Part shown: piece by piece, positions 1-10,944 of the stretch
Position numbering within the stretch: the first letter of the stretch is position 1
How the letters are laid out: the number at the start of each line of letters is the position of its first letter
DNA from: Phycisphaeraceae bacterium
GTDB lineage: Bacteria; Planctomycetota; Phycisphaerae; Phycisphaerales; Phycisphaeraceae
Direction of reading: 5' to 3'
Assembly: GCA_963674705.1 (NCBI GenBank)
Contig: OY771506.1
Span: 1,856,001 to 1,920,000, forward strand
Length of the DNA stretch: 64,000 nt
Made by a program: the position numbers and the translations under genes
Notes under the pieces: model-generated
Seen by the model: the letters and a program-made list of their open reading frames with translations, nothing else
Told to the model about the DNA's origin: nothing
The model's database searches: none

Positions 1-269
1 CAGGCAAGCAACTGATAACACCGACCGAATGAACGACCGAACTACACCTCTGGGTCACCATTGCACTCACCCCAAATTCACATCGTCGCAACAATCCGCC
101 AGTGTGCCCTTTTTGACCACAGAAGTATGCCCATCCAGTTTTGTCCAGCATGTCATGTCGAAATTAACACGCCAGTAATTTTACAGTAAATGCTGGAGTA
201 GGGGCTCGTTGGTAGCTACAATCGTGGCCATATCTATGAACTTTATTGTCAAATAATCGGGGTCAAACC

Positions 270-3200
270 ATGTGGGGAAACAAGGCAGGGGGACCAGTGC
301 TGGGTGTGGCTGGTGATAAACGTCAACATCTGGTTAAAAGCCATTTGTCAGCATCACGTAACTTGCAGGGGTTAGAGCCCCTTGAGCCTCGCGTGTTGCT
401 CAGCGGCTCTGGTGTTAGCGACGTTTTGATCGATCCCATTTCTGCTTCCGGTAAAGAGGTGCTCGCAAGTGTTGTGGGCAATAATGTCGTCCTGGAGCAG
501 ACACAGTACAACAACTTCTTCAAGCCGAACATCATCACGTTTGACTTCCCGATCGAACCGAGTGCGGTCAACGGCCGGATCGATATCACGGCTCTGTCTG
601 ACCTGGACGCGACGGGTGAGGTAGTCGCATTCGATATCGAAGGCATCGTCAGCGGCGAGCTTTGGACCGGAACCGACGACGGTGTACGCCCGTTCACCGC
701 GACGATCAATCTCACCGATGCTGATCTCGCAGCGATCGCCGCCGATGGTAACCTGCACATCGAATTCACCCCCAACAGCAACGTCGATGATTTTTACGAT
801 GTGGACGAGTATGTAACGGTCAGTCTCAGCTATGAAGGTACACCGGCGCCTATCACCCTCACACCGGTGACACCCCGCTTGATGGGCGCATACCAAGGCT
901 CGGTCAACGGCACATTCGAGAACTCTAGCGAAGTAAATGCTTACTCGGTAACACTGGAAGCCGGCCAGTCTCTCCGTCTCGAAGCCGTCCCCCATTTTGA
1001 TCAATCGTTAGTTTTACAGGTGTTGGACCCTACGGGTGCGGTGATCTATAGCGGTGGATCGGCATTCGCTGGCGGCCCGATCCTGCCCCAGTCCGTTGCC
1101 GTAAACAGCGATGGCAACTACACGATTATTGTCATGCCTGACGCCGGCAGCGCGGGGCCTTATGCCCTCAATGTTTTCGTGAACGAGTGGATCGAGTATG
1201 AATCTATCGGCGGTGCCCAAGGTGATTCACTGGATACCGCACAGGACGTAAATGATTACTTCCGCGATCTGGGGCACGGGATTGAACAGGCCGTCATCCG
1301 TGGGTCGATCCCGACCTATTCCGTTAAAGGCAACGCATCGGATTCATACACTTACACTGAGTCTTTCGAAAACGGAGTATTACCCGATTCATGGGAAGTC
1401 ACTGCCGGTGCCGGCACGATCGTATCCAGCGCCTACGGGGCGGCAGATGGTTCTTACGCGCTGCTGATGCACAGTCCGACTGTCAGTGATCGCTTAAATG
1501 AAGTAGTCTGGACAATCGATCTGGACCCAGGCCGCAAAACCACGCTTACGTTTGACTATGCCGAGTGGGCCGATAGCTTCGACCCGCTTCCGTACAGCTA
1601 TACCGGCAGTGCCAACGGGGACGGTGTATCGATCAGCCCGGATGGGATCACCTGGTACAGGGTTTTTGATGCCTGGAATACACCTTTGGGATCCTGGAAC
1701 AGCACCTACTCGATCTCGCTGAACAGTATTGCTCGATACAATGGTTTCAGCCTGGGGGCGGACACCAGGATCAAGTTCCAGCAATACGGCGGATTCGCTC
1801 TGCCTAACGACGGCAGGGGGTACGACAAGATCAGGATTGATGTGCGTTCTGATTTTGAGTTTTACAACTCAACCTCTGACTATTACAGCTTCACGTTAGA
1901 CGCCGGGGACCGGATAAGTCTGAACCTGGAGAACCTTGGCTCGGCCGGGGCGTCCTTCATGCTTTTTAATCCGAACGGTGAATCGGTAACGGATTCTATT
2001 ATCTACCGACAGGACGGCTATACCTGGCTTACCGACTTCCAAGCCCAGATAGCGGGAACCTACACCGTCTCTGTCATACACAGCTACAATTACCTGCTAT
2101 CCATCACCAAAAATGGCTCCGTCGAAGTACAGACCAATAACGCGTTGACAGGCGCGCAGCAGATGGGCCAAACTGACCGGGCGCTGGGCGCTTTGGACGA
2201 TGCCAACCCCTCGGATTTTTACATCATCCCGGTTCAAGCCGGTGATATCCTCACAATAGAAACAACAACACCTGGCGGCGGCATATCCGGCCTGAACAAC
2301 CTTGACCCCGGCTTGAGTCTGTACCTGCCCGATGAAACTCTCCTCATGGTCGATAGCAACGGCGCCGCCGACGGGCGCAACGCTCTGATCACACACACGG
2401 CTACAGAAACCGGTGAGTACTACATCCAGATCAGTCGTTCAACAGGCGAGGGCCAATACACCCTCTCCGTAGACGGCGCGACGGGCGTTGTAGACGAACC
2501 TTTAAAGATCCTGGCTGATACCGTTTCCATCGCTGATGATTCTGTCTTCACAACAAAGCCTTACCTGTTAACTTTCAAAGTAGACGGCCTGATCGCCGCT
2601 CAAAGTGTTGACCTGAGTGATTTATTGATCAACGGGGCGCCTACGGCAGAATCCGTAGTGATCAGAAACGACGGGCTTTGGTTCAGGATTCCTGAAACCG
2701 CTCTGCTACAGGGACAGAATACGCTCACCTTGGCGGCCGGTCAGATCAGCGACCTGCAAGGCAATGCCAACGAAGAACTGGGCATTAATTTTTACCTTGA
2801 TGACATCTTCCCCCGAATCATCGAATCTTCCATCCTGGCCGGCGACATACTGCCCGCGGGCGAAACGACAATCACCGTCAAGTTCAGCGAACCCGTATTG
2901 ATGCCGGAACTGCTCGCCGGCAGATTCGTCAACTACTACAGCAGTATTGGTATTGAGAGTACCATCGCATACAACCAAGACACATACGAATTCACAGCAA
3001 CCTTTTATAACCTCATCGAAGGGCAGTACTACTTCCGCATCAATGATAGTGTCGTCGGTTACATCACAGACCAGGTCGGCCTGCAACTGGATGGCGAACC
3101 AGCAACCGGCACGACGGTCCCCAGCGGCAATGGTCTTGAGGGTGGCGCTTTCAGCATCCCCTTCTATATTGAGGATGGTTCATCTGAGCCACTGATCCCG

Positions 3201-6200
3201 ACCGTCGACAATATCGAACACCTGGCGGACTTCGTCTATGAAGCCACATTCAGCGACTTGCCCGTATTTGTCGGCGACGAGAATAGATTCACCTTCAACC
3301 TGGTAAGCGGACAGAACCTGACGGTTACGATAGATGACAGGCCGGGGCTTTCTCGTGTGGACCTCGAAGTCTATGCCCCTGACGGTACGATGATCGCGTC
3401 CACGGTGGGCGGCGCTGCCGAGATCTACGACCTCGATATCACCGCATCGGGCACCTACACACTACTTACACGGTGTACCAGGCTGGGCCCCACCCCGACC
3501 TATTACCAATATTACAACGGCCGTATACGCGTCAACGCGGTCCACGAAGACGAATTACCTGACGACTGGACGAACGACGATATCGCCACCGCCGAGGATA
3601 TCAACCCATACTTCTTCACGCTCGACGATGGTGTCGATCAGGCTGTCGTCTTGGGTCAACTGCCCTACGATCCGTACAACGAATCATTTGAAACCGGTCA
3701 CTTCGGACCGAACTGGCAGAGCGTTGTCGTAGGTAACAGTGCGAATAGCCGTCTATTTCCTACCGATGATTTTGGTGGAGCAGACGGCGATTACGCGTTG
3801 GCAATGAGCACTACATCCTTCAATAATGGCTACCTCTTAAATGAAGCGATATGGACGGTTGATTTAACCGGCTTCAACGAGGCAGGCTTGAGCTTCTCAC
3901 ATAAAATGTGGCAAGACGATAGCGATGTCTTGCCGGAAGTTTTTGAAGGCCACTACAATGGAGACGGTGTAGCGATCAGCGCAGATGGGATTGTCTGGTA
4001 TACCCTGCTCAATGCACCCGATGAATTATCGAGCAACTGGTACGACTATGAGTTTGATCTGCTGGCCGCCTCCGCGGCGGCGGGTATCACCCCGGGGCAA
4101 GACTTTAAGATTAAGTTCCAACAATACGGCTATGCACCGATCTCGACTGGCGGACAGCTCTACGACGATATCCGCATCGTCACCTCGCCTTCCCCTGTCA
4201 AAGCGCATGACGTTTATCGTGTTGACCTTGCGGCCGGGCAGGAATTGAGCTCCGCGGTTTACGGTGGTAACGAGCCAATCGGGGTGGAAGTGCTTGATTC
4301 GCTCGGCAATCCGCTGGCTGCGGGTGAGGCCGACTGGTGGGACGAAGCCAAAGGCTCAATACGTGGTTTCATAGCTCCCACCGAAGGTTCATACTATCTG
4401 CGTATCACCGGCTATTGGGACCCATACACCCTCACTATTACCCGGGGTGCAACCTATGTACCCGAGCCCGCCCTCGCTAGCGACAGCATTTCCCTTGGAC
4501 CGAGCGGCAAGATGGTCAGTGCATTTTACGAGGCCGATGCAACGCAGACCGACAACTATCACTTCAATGTCAACGCGGGAGACGAGCTTTCAATCTGGAC
4601 CACAACGCCGGACTTCCTGCCGCTTTCTCCGGTAAATACGCTGAATACTTATTTACAACTCTACGGCCCGGATAACCAGTTGATCGTTGAATCCGGCAGC
4701 GGTGGAGCCGGACTCAATGCCGCGATCAATCACACCGCAACTCAGAGCGGGACCTACACCGTTAAGCTCAATGGCGTCAACACACTGCCCGATGAACCCG
4801 CCGGCCTGCAGGGCGGATACATCCTGCATGTCGTTGGCAACACCGGGTCGCCATCACCACTGCTGGCCGACACAACCGACTTTGAAGATGGGCAGCAATA
4901 TACAGATTTACCCACAGGCGTTACGGTTCAATTCTCCGAGCCGATCCGCTTGGATTCTCTGAGCCCGTCTGATCTAATTATCAACGGAGTGCCCGCTGAA
5001 TCCGTTGAAATAATCGACGGCAACACGGTCATTTTCAATTCCGAAACCGGCTTTGTACAAGGTGTAAACAGCCTCATTCTCGAAGACGGTTCCATCCTGG
5101 GATTGGACGGCAGGTCGGTCCTGGGTTTCAGCCGACAGTTCACGCTCGACTCGATCGCGCCGCGCATCATCAGTTCCACGATTACGGATGGCGACATGCT
5201 GGAGCCGGGACGTATCCTGATGTCCTTTACGTTTGATGACGCCTTGGATCTGTCCAATCTGAGTGTTTCCGGTGTCCAGATTTCAAGTAATCAATACTAC
5301 TATCCAAGGCCGACTATCGACTACTTCGAATACGATCCCGACACATCCATTTTGAGTATCGGATTTGATACCGAATACGAAGGCGAATTCATCCTTACTT
5401 TATATGACCACGGATTTACTGACCTGGCTGGCAACCAGCTCGATGGAGAAAATCCCGGCGCCGCCATCCCGCCCGGTGTTTCAGGCGACGGGACGGCGGG
5501 CGGTGACTTTGTTGTCGCTTTTGAGATCGACCGTGATACCTATGCAGGCATCAATGAGCCGGCGCCACTGGCGCCCAGCGGTTCACTTGCCTACGTAAGT
5601 CAGAACCATGGCGCGCTCAATGCCGGCGACGATGTTGATTTCTTTGAAGTGTTTGTTCAGGCGGGACAGACTGTAACCGCCAGACTCAGTGCGCTGTACA
5701 ACGACTCTTACCTGATGTACCTCACGGGCCCCGACGGGCAAACTGTGCAGGGTGAAGCGGGCGATCCCATCTTCTTTACCTATACAAACGATGGGCCGGA
5801 TACCACCGTTTCATTCGATGTTTATGGCGACGCCACTTATGAAGCATACAACTTCGATGTCTACATCAATACAGTGTCCGAATCCTCTCTGCCTTATCTG
5901 CCCGGAGGTTCTGATGCCGTGTATGACCTGTCCGGACTCTGGCAGAGTCAAACAGGTTTGTACGGCACCACGACCATCATCGGTACGAGTCAACCCGACT
6001 TCCGCTCTACCGTTACTGGTATTCAAGCTTCTATTACGCGGTACATCAGTTTGAGCTCGGCCGTCGCGCCGATTGGTGATGGCACCCTGACCATTACCGC
6101 AATGGGGGACCTCGAAGCTAGTGACAAATACCTGACGATCAACTTCGAAGATCAATTCACCGAGCAGGTCTTTGTTCTTGACGGGCTTGAAGGCATTCCG

Positions 6201-8336
6201 GCCACGACGACAATGACCATCCCGCAAGCTGCGCTCGAAGCCATGGCCGCCAACGGCTCGATACGCTTTGAGATTACACCCTCGGGGTCCGTCGCCAGCT
6301 ACCCGGACAGCTTCGTCACACTGGAACTGGATTACCCCGGTTTGCCCGGCCCGCGTTACGACACCTATGCGATCGAACTCGAAGCCGGCCAAACCTTCAA
6401 CGCCTATCTCGATCCCGATTATTACGGATTTGAGATGGCGTTGATCGATTCGGTCACGGGGCGGCCCGTTGAAGCAACACTCTCAGCAACGAATGACTAC
6501 GCGTTTCCGTTGGACTATACCGCCACAACTGCCGGACGATTCGACCTGCGGATTTACGCAAACTCAACTGAAGAATACCGCCTGACCATGCACCGTGGCG
6601 TCGCTTTCGACAGTTCCTTTATCGACACACCTGTGGCCGCCGCGATTAATCTCGACAATATCAGCAGCGCGTTGGGTTCTTTGCGATCCCCGGGCCCGGA
6701 ATCTTTGCTGGCCATCAGAGGTGTGCAGTCGTATGCCTCGACCTATACGATTGACACGCAGACATTTGAGTTTATCGAGCAGATCAATAACACCTTGATT
6801 AAAAGTCCGACGGGCCTCTTTCTTGCCCAGAATGTCACTTCCGATGGCGCATACATATTCGCACACAGTTCGCGCGGCCTGACGTATGTCATCGACCCGA
6901 ATTCAGGCGAAGTCATCGACAATATCAACATACAGTCTCAAAGCCTGCCGCGATACATCGGCTATTACAACGGCGAGCTGATCACCCTGGAAGTTGCCAA
7001 TGACGGTGCAAAGCACATCCTGTTTGTCAATCCGCAAACGGGCGAGGTGACACATCAACTCGACCTGCCTTCCAACTCCGACATCACTTATTACGATCTG
7101 GCGGGCGCCGCAACACGCGGCAGCATCTTTATCGTGGCGCGGGAAGTTGATAGCTACCACATCGAAGAATACGACGTCGCAACAGGACAACGCGTCAACC
7201 GCTTCGCACTGCTTTTTGATGGCCTAGCAACCCTGGCTTATGTCGATAACAAAGTCTTCAGCTTGAATTATCTGGAACGCACCATCCGGGCTTACGATCC
7301 CGATACCGGGCAGTTGCTTGCGTCACACACCTATTCTGAAGCTTCAATCGCCGATCGGGTCATGGCCATCGGCGGCGACGCACTCTTGCCCGTGATGCCG
7401 ACAGACCGCTATAGCCTTACGCTCAATGTAGGCGACTCGGCCACGCTCTGGACCGAAACGCCGTTCGACCATCCCTCGGGAATCCCGCTGAACGATCTGG
7501 ACCCCGCTATCCGGCTGCTTGACCCGCTCGGGAACATGGTTGCTTTCGACGATAACAGTGCCGCCGACGGCAATAACGCGTCCCTCAGCTTCACTGCAAC
7601 GATACCTGGCGTCTACACCATCGAGGTTCAGGCAACCGCCGGCTCCGGCGAATACCTGCTGCAAGTCGACGCCGATCGCGTCTTGCTTGGCGATCTTGAC
7701 GGCGACGGATTCGTCGGCCTTGCGGACCTGGACATCCTGCTTGGAAACTGGAACCTGACTGTTCCAGTTGGTGATCTTGCCTTGGGTGATGCATCCGGCG
7801 ATGGCTTCATCGGCCTGGACGATCTCGACCTGATACTAGGCAACTGGAATGCGTCCCTTCCGCCAACGCAAATCGAAGGCGATCTCGATATCGACGGCTA
7901 CGTGGGTCTGAACGATCTGGACATCGTGCTCGGAAATTGGAACACCGATGCCACGGCAGATCAACGGTCCGATCCGTCGGGCGACGGTTTCGTCGGCCTT
8001 GATGACCTTGATCTCGTGCTGAATAACTGGAACGAGGGAACGCCACCTGCTACTGAGATGCTTGTAGTGTCGGCTAGTGAATCGGTTGAATCCGCAAGCG
8101 CCGCGTCAACTTCCACACGTTCCGTAGCCAAAACAAACAAACGACCATGGCAGACACAGCACAGCAACGACGTTACTGCTCATCACCAACGCGACACACA
8201 CGCCCCGGCCGTTGCATCGTCATGGCTTTATATGAACCAGCATAGCCAACGTGCCAGCGATGAAGCATACCTGCCATGGACTATACAGCAGCAGGACCAG
8301 CCTGCGGTACTCGGCTTGTGGGAGGAACACGAGTAA
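270..8336 (+). CDS. Giant planctomycete extracellular/surface protein (LEPRxLL motif, repeated PPC-like and Ig-like modules, beta-propeller-like region, C-terminal dockerin-like repeats)
   Basis: 2696-aa ORF (TTG at 246, ATG at 270). N-terminal LEPLEPRVLLS motif. Duplicated ESFExG...LNExxWTxDL...NGDGVxISxDGIxWY...IKFQQYG module. PPC-like DxYxF/LxAG repeats and PRIIxSxI Ig-like repeats. Four GDxxGDG(F/Y)xGLxDLDxxLxNWN-type repeats. Confidence 0.85.
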   Translation: MWGNKAGGPVLGVAGDKRQHLVKSHLSASRNLQGLEPLEPRVLLSGSGVSDVLIDPISASGKEVLASVVGNNVVLEQTQYNNFFKPNIITFDFPIEPSAVNGRIDITALSDLDATGEVVAFDIEGIVSGELWTGTDDGVRPFTATINLTDADLAAIAADGNLHIEFTPNSNVDDFYDVDEYVTVSLSYEGTPAPITLTPVTPRLMGAYQGSVNGTFENSSEVNAYSVTLEAGQSLRLEAVPHFDQSLVLQVLDPTGAVIYSGGSAFAGGPILPQSVAVNSDGNYTIIVMPDAGSAGPYALNVFVNEWIEYESIGGAQGDSLDTAQDVNDYFRDLGHGIEQAVIRGSIPTYSVKGNASDSYTYTESFENGVLPDSWEVTAGAGTIVSSAYGAADGSYALLMHSPTVSDRLNEVVWTIDLDPGRKTTLTFDYAEWADSFDPLPYSYTGSANGDGVSISPDGITWYRVFDAWNTPLGSWNSTYSISLNSIARYNGFSLGADTRIKFQQYGGFALPNDGRGYDKIRIDVRSDFEFYNSTSDYYSFTLDAGDRISLNLENLGSAGASFMLFNPNGESVTDSIIYRQDGYTWLTDFQAQIAGTYTVSVIHSYNYLLSITKNGSVEVQTNNALTGAQQMGQTDRALGALDDANPSDFYIIPVQAGDILTIETTTPGGGISGLNNLDPGLSLYLPDETLLMVDSNGAADGRNALITHTATETGEYYIQISRSTGEGQYTLSVDGATGVVDEPLKILADTVSIADDSVFTTKPYLLTFKVDGLIAAQSVDLSDLLINGAPTAESVVIRNDGLWFRIPETALLQGQNTLTLAAGQISDLQGNANEELGINFYLDDIFPRIIESSILAGDILPAGETTITVKFSEPVLMPELLAGRFVNYYSSIGIESTIAYNQDTYEFTATFYNLIEGQYYFRINDSVVGYITDQVGLQLDGEPATGTTVPSGNGLEGGAFSIPFYIEDGSSEPLIPTVDNIEHLADFVYEATFSDLPVFVGDENRFTFNLVSGQNLTVTIDDRPGLSRVDLEVYAPDGTMIASTVGGAAEIYDLDITASGTYTLLTRCTRLGPTPTYYQYYNGRIRVNAVHEDELPDDWTNDDIATAEDINPYFFTLDDGVDQAVVLGQLPYDPYNESFETGHFGPNWQSVVVGNSANSRLFPTDDFGGADGDYALAMSTTSFNNGYLLNEAIWTVDLTGFNEAGLSFSHKMWQDDSDVLPEVFEGHYNGDGVAISADGIVWYTLLNAPDELSSNWYDYEFDLLAASAAAGITPGQDFKIKFQQYGYAPISTGGQLYDDIRIVTSPSPVKAHDVYRVDLAAGQELSSAVYGGNEPIGVEVLDSLGNPLAAGEADWWDEAKGSIRGFIAPTEGSYYLRITGYWDPYTLTITRGATYVPEPALASDSISLGPSGKMVSAFYEADATQTDNYHFNVNAGDELSIWTTTPDFLPLSPVNTLNTYLQLYGPDNQLIVESGSGGAGLNAAINHTATQSGTYTVKLNGVNTLPDEPAGLQGGYILHVVGNTGSPSPLLADTTDFEDGQQYTDLPTGVTVQFSEPIRLDSLSPSDLIINGVPAESVEIIDGNTVIFNSETGFVQGVNSLILEDGSILGLDGRSVLGFSRQFTLDSIAPRIISSTITDGDMLEPGRILMSFTFDDALDLSNLSVSGVQISSNQYYYPRPTIDYFEYDPDTSILSIGFDTEYEGEFILTLYDHGFTDLAGNQLDGENPGAAIPPGVSGDGTAGGDFVVAFEIDRDTYAGINEPAPLAPSGSLAYVSQNHGALNAGDDVDFFEVFVQAGQTVTARLSALYNDSYLMYLTGPDGQTVQGEAGDPIFFTYTNDGPDTTVSFDVYGDATYEAYNFDVYINTVSESSLPYLPGGSDAVYDLSGLWQSQTGLYGTTTIIGTSQPDFRSTVTGIQASITRYISLSSAVAPIGDGTLTITAMGDLEASDKYLTINFEDQFTEQVFVLDGLEGIPATTTMTIPQAALEAMAANGSIRFEITPSGSVASYPDSFVTLELDYPGLPGPRYDTYAIELEAGQTFNAYLDPDYYGFEMALIDSVTGRPVEATLSATNDYAFPLDYTATTAGRFDLRIYANSTEEYRLTMHRGVAFDSSFIDTPVAAAINLDNISSALGSLRSPGPESLLAIRGVQSYASTYTIDTQTFEFIEQINNTLIKSPTGLFLAQNVTSDGAYIFAHSSRGLTYVIDPNSGEVIDNINIQSQSLPRYIGYYNGELITLEVANDGAKHILFVNPQTGEVTHQLDLPSNSDITYYDLAGAATRGSIFIVAREVDSYHIEEYDVATGQRVNRFALLFDGLATLAYVDNKVFSLNYLERTIRAYDPDTGQLLASHTYSEASIADRVMAIGGDALLPVMPTDRYSLTLNVGDSATLWTETPFDHPSGIPLNDLDPAIRLLDPLGNMVAFDDNSAADGNNASLSFTATIPGVYTIEVQATAGSGEYLLQVDADRVLLGDLDGDGFVGLADLDILLGNWNLTVPVGDLALGDASGDGFIGLDDLDLILGNWNASLPPTQIEGDLDIDGYVGLNDLDIVLGNWNTDATADQRSDPSGDGFVGLDDLDLVLNNWNEGTPPATEMLVVSASESVESASAASTSTRSVAKTNKRPWQTQHSNDVTAHHQRDTHAPAVASSWLYMNQHSQRASDEAYLPWTIQQQDQPAVLGLWEEHE

Positions 8337-8745
8337 AACTTCGCGGTTCTCACTTATGATCGCCTTATGCCGAGACTTGGAGCATACGCAAGCCTAGTCA
8401 CCTTTGTTCAGAGGCTTTGCCATTGAAGTTGACGTTTGGGAGTTCGAGACATCGTAGGGGCTCCGATTCTCGCCTGTTGGCGATTGACGGGCACACACCA
8501 CGCGGGAATTGTATCACATCAAAGTGTTGCTCAATTCGCCAATTTATACAGGTTGTTCCGAAACCTCTAGGTGCGCGGTCTCTGTACCTTTGCTTCGCTA
8601 CGAGACCTCTTCGTATGGCAAAAAACCGTTGAAAATGCCTTGGCCATGCAGTCGCAAGCCGCTGGGCCGGTACAGCTGTTTAATCGATATCGCCAGACAA
8701 ATCACAGTTCGCGGGCAATACAGATCATGCTACTGCTCTGCCACT

Positions 8746-10299
8746 TCATCGTATTTGATCGGTCAAGCCCGTACGATTGTCGGTGCGGAATGGTGACGCA
8801 GGCAGCCCTTCGCGATTGATCAGATTCGCACGATTGGGGTTATCCGCCCAAGCGTAACGCACGGCGTCGATTTTAAAATTACCTGGTGCATGCAAAATCA
8901 CCTCGTCTCCTTGGATCATAGCCTCAGCCCAGACAAATGCTCCATCCACCGGCGCAACCGCAAAGCCCCGCAATGGTTCATCATCGCGCGTGGCGAGGCC
9001 AGATCCAACGTGATCGAATCTGACCACGGCTTCACTTCCTTTGATCTGTACATCCTCGACCAAGGGCCCACTGGGCACGACGTTCAGACGGTAGACGTCG
9101 TGCAACGCTGACAGAGCGAGGCGATGACCAACGGTCTTCTTGTCACGGGGGTGGATATCGTCCGCTTCGCCGACATCGATCGTGACAATTAGGCCGGTGT
9201 TCGGCACCTGCCGCAACGTAAGCAACTGACCTTCACGCAACTCAGACCAGGTACTGGGTTCAACCGCCTCGGCCTGTTCAGGTCCGAAGCCGGGCAATTG
9301 CACGATCAAAAATGGAAAATCGCCCTGCCCCCAATGGGTGCGCCAATCTTTAATAAGCAGCGGCAACTGCCAACGATATTGATACGCGCGATTGCGATTA
9401 GTCTCACCCTGGTACCACGCTACACCACGGATGCCGAAGGGTATCAACGGCTCAATCATCCCGTGAAACAACCCGGACGGACGATGCGGGTGATTGGGAC
9501 GGCCGAACGCCGGCTTCTTGGGCTTCTTCGATTCCGGATTTGGGTTGGCCGCTTGCGCCGCATCCCAATCGGCGACGGTTTGTTCCCAGTCCGCAATTTG
9601 TTGATCGAACGTCGCAGTCGCCTCGTCCCATCGTTCCACGATCGGCCGCGTCTCTTTATTCGACAGCATTACGTCACGCGTGGTCCATGCCTCGGCAGGC
9701 GTGCCGCCCCACGCTGACTGGATGACCCCGACCGGAACATCCAGTTCCTTGCGCAACTCGGAACCAAAAAAGTATCCGACGGCGCTGAACTGCCGCGCCG
9801 TCTGCGGCTGACACAACTGCCACGTGCCTTCAACAGAGAACACCGGCTGAAAAGACTGTTGACGTGCAACCTGGAACAACCGCAGATGCACGTCGCTGGC
9901 CTGCTCCACTTCAGATGTCGCATGCTGAGCCTTCTCGAGCTTGAATTCCATATTGGACTGCCCCGAACACAGCCAAACCTCGCCGACGAGGATATCGGTC
10001 AGTTCGATGGTGTTCTGACCTACAATGCGCATAGTAAGCGTTTTGTCTTGCGCCGTTGTCGCAGACAGCGGATCAAGCGTGATACACCATCGGCCTTCAT
10101 CGTCTGCGGAGATATCGTGTGTCTGCCCCGCGATGATGACTGTGACACGCTCCCCCGGGTCGGCCTCACCCCAGATCGGCAACGGCCGGTCGCGCTGCAG
10201 TACCATGTGATCGCTGATGATCGCCGGCATTCGCACTTCTGCGTACACGGGACTCAACGCGTGAAGCAAGAACAGCAATAGTATGAAGGTACGCATCAT
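8746..10299 (-). CDS. Sialate O-acetylesterase (SASA/SGNH family), secreted
   Basis: Signal peptide; motifs SDHMVLQR, GEVWLCSGQSNM, WGGTPAEAW, WYQGETN, DIHPRDK, VRYAW, PASPFRTD. Confidence 0.92.
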   Translation of the reverse strand: MMRTFILLLFLLHALSPVYAEVRMPAIISDHMVLQRDRPLPIWGEADPGERVTVIIAGQTHDISADDEGRWCITLDPLSATTAQDKTLTMRIVGQNTIELTDILVGEVWLCSGQSNMEFKLEKAQHATSEVEQASDVHLRLFQVARQQSFQPVFSVEGTWQLCQPQTARQFSAVGYFFGSELRKELDVPVGVIQSAWGGTPAEAWTTRDVMLSNKETRPIVERWDEATATFDQQIADWEQTVADWDAAQAANPNPESKKPKKPAFGRPNHPHRPSGLFHGMIEPLIPFGIRGVAWYQGETNRNRAYQYRWQLPLLIKDWRTHWGQGDFPFLIVQLPGFGPEQAEAVEPSTWSELREGQLLTLRQVPNTGLIVTIDVGEADDIHPRDKKTVGHRLALSALHDVYRLNVVPSGPLVEDVQIKGSEAVVRFDHVGSGLATRDDEPLRGFAVAPVDGAFVWAEAMIQGDEVILHAPGNFKIDAVRYAWADNPNRANLINREGLPASPFRTDNRTGLTDQIR

Positions 10300-10652
10300 C
10301 AGAATGAACCTTTAAAACGACTCTTCCTTATGGCCTTCACCCGGCTACAACGCCGGACCCGCTGCTACACTATGACGAAGAAGCCGCAAAGTGTGTTGAT
10401 TGTTCGAGGTCGTATACCATCCCCATATGTATCATAATGTGCTTATCCGCCTCAACTGGCTGCAGATTCTTGACATCTGCACCCACCAATCAAGAATAAA
10501 GTAGATAACCTAGCCCCCGGAAGCGTCCCCGTCGACTTCGCGTTGATGGAGGCGTTTTATTTTTAAGTTTTACATGCTCGAAATCTGCCGGCGGTGAAGA
10601 AGACGTAGATGGCATACCCCGACCACGCTCCGTGCTTTGTTAGAATAAGGTC

Positions 10653-10892
10653 ATGAAAGAGCAGATCACGATCCGCGTGTTTGAAGATCCTACGGTCCCC
10701 ACCGCCCGTGTCAGCGGACGCTACTTCCCCGAGCAGATCGAGGGCTGGGACGTGGACACCGGCGTTACCATCCCGCTGATCGAAGAAAACGCAGGGCGCC
10801 TCTTCGGCATCATAGACAAGGTTGATCCCCAGCCACATGAAGACGATCAGGGGCACCGCTACCGCACCGCAACGGTTTGGATCCAAGACTGA
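10653..10892 (+). CDS. Small hypothetical protein (79 aa)
   Basis: ATG after AAGG, GC3-rich host-like codon usage, lies directly upstream of the aldo/keto reductase; no recognised motif. Confidence 0.55.
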   Translation: MKEQITIRVFEDPTVPTARVSGRYFPEQIEGWDVDTGVTIPLIEENAGRLFGIIDKVDPQPHEDDQGHRYRTATVWIQD

Positions 10893-10944
10893 GTATCTTA
10901 CGCGTGAAAAGGTAAGTTATAGTAGGCGCAAAAGGAGTCGGCTC

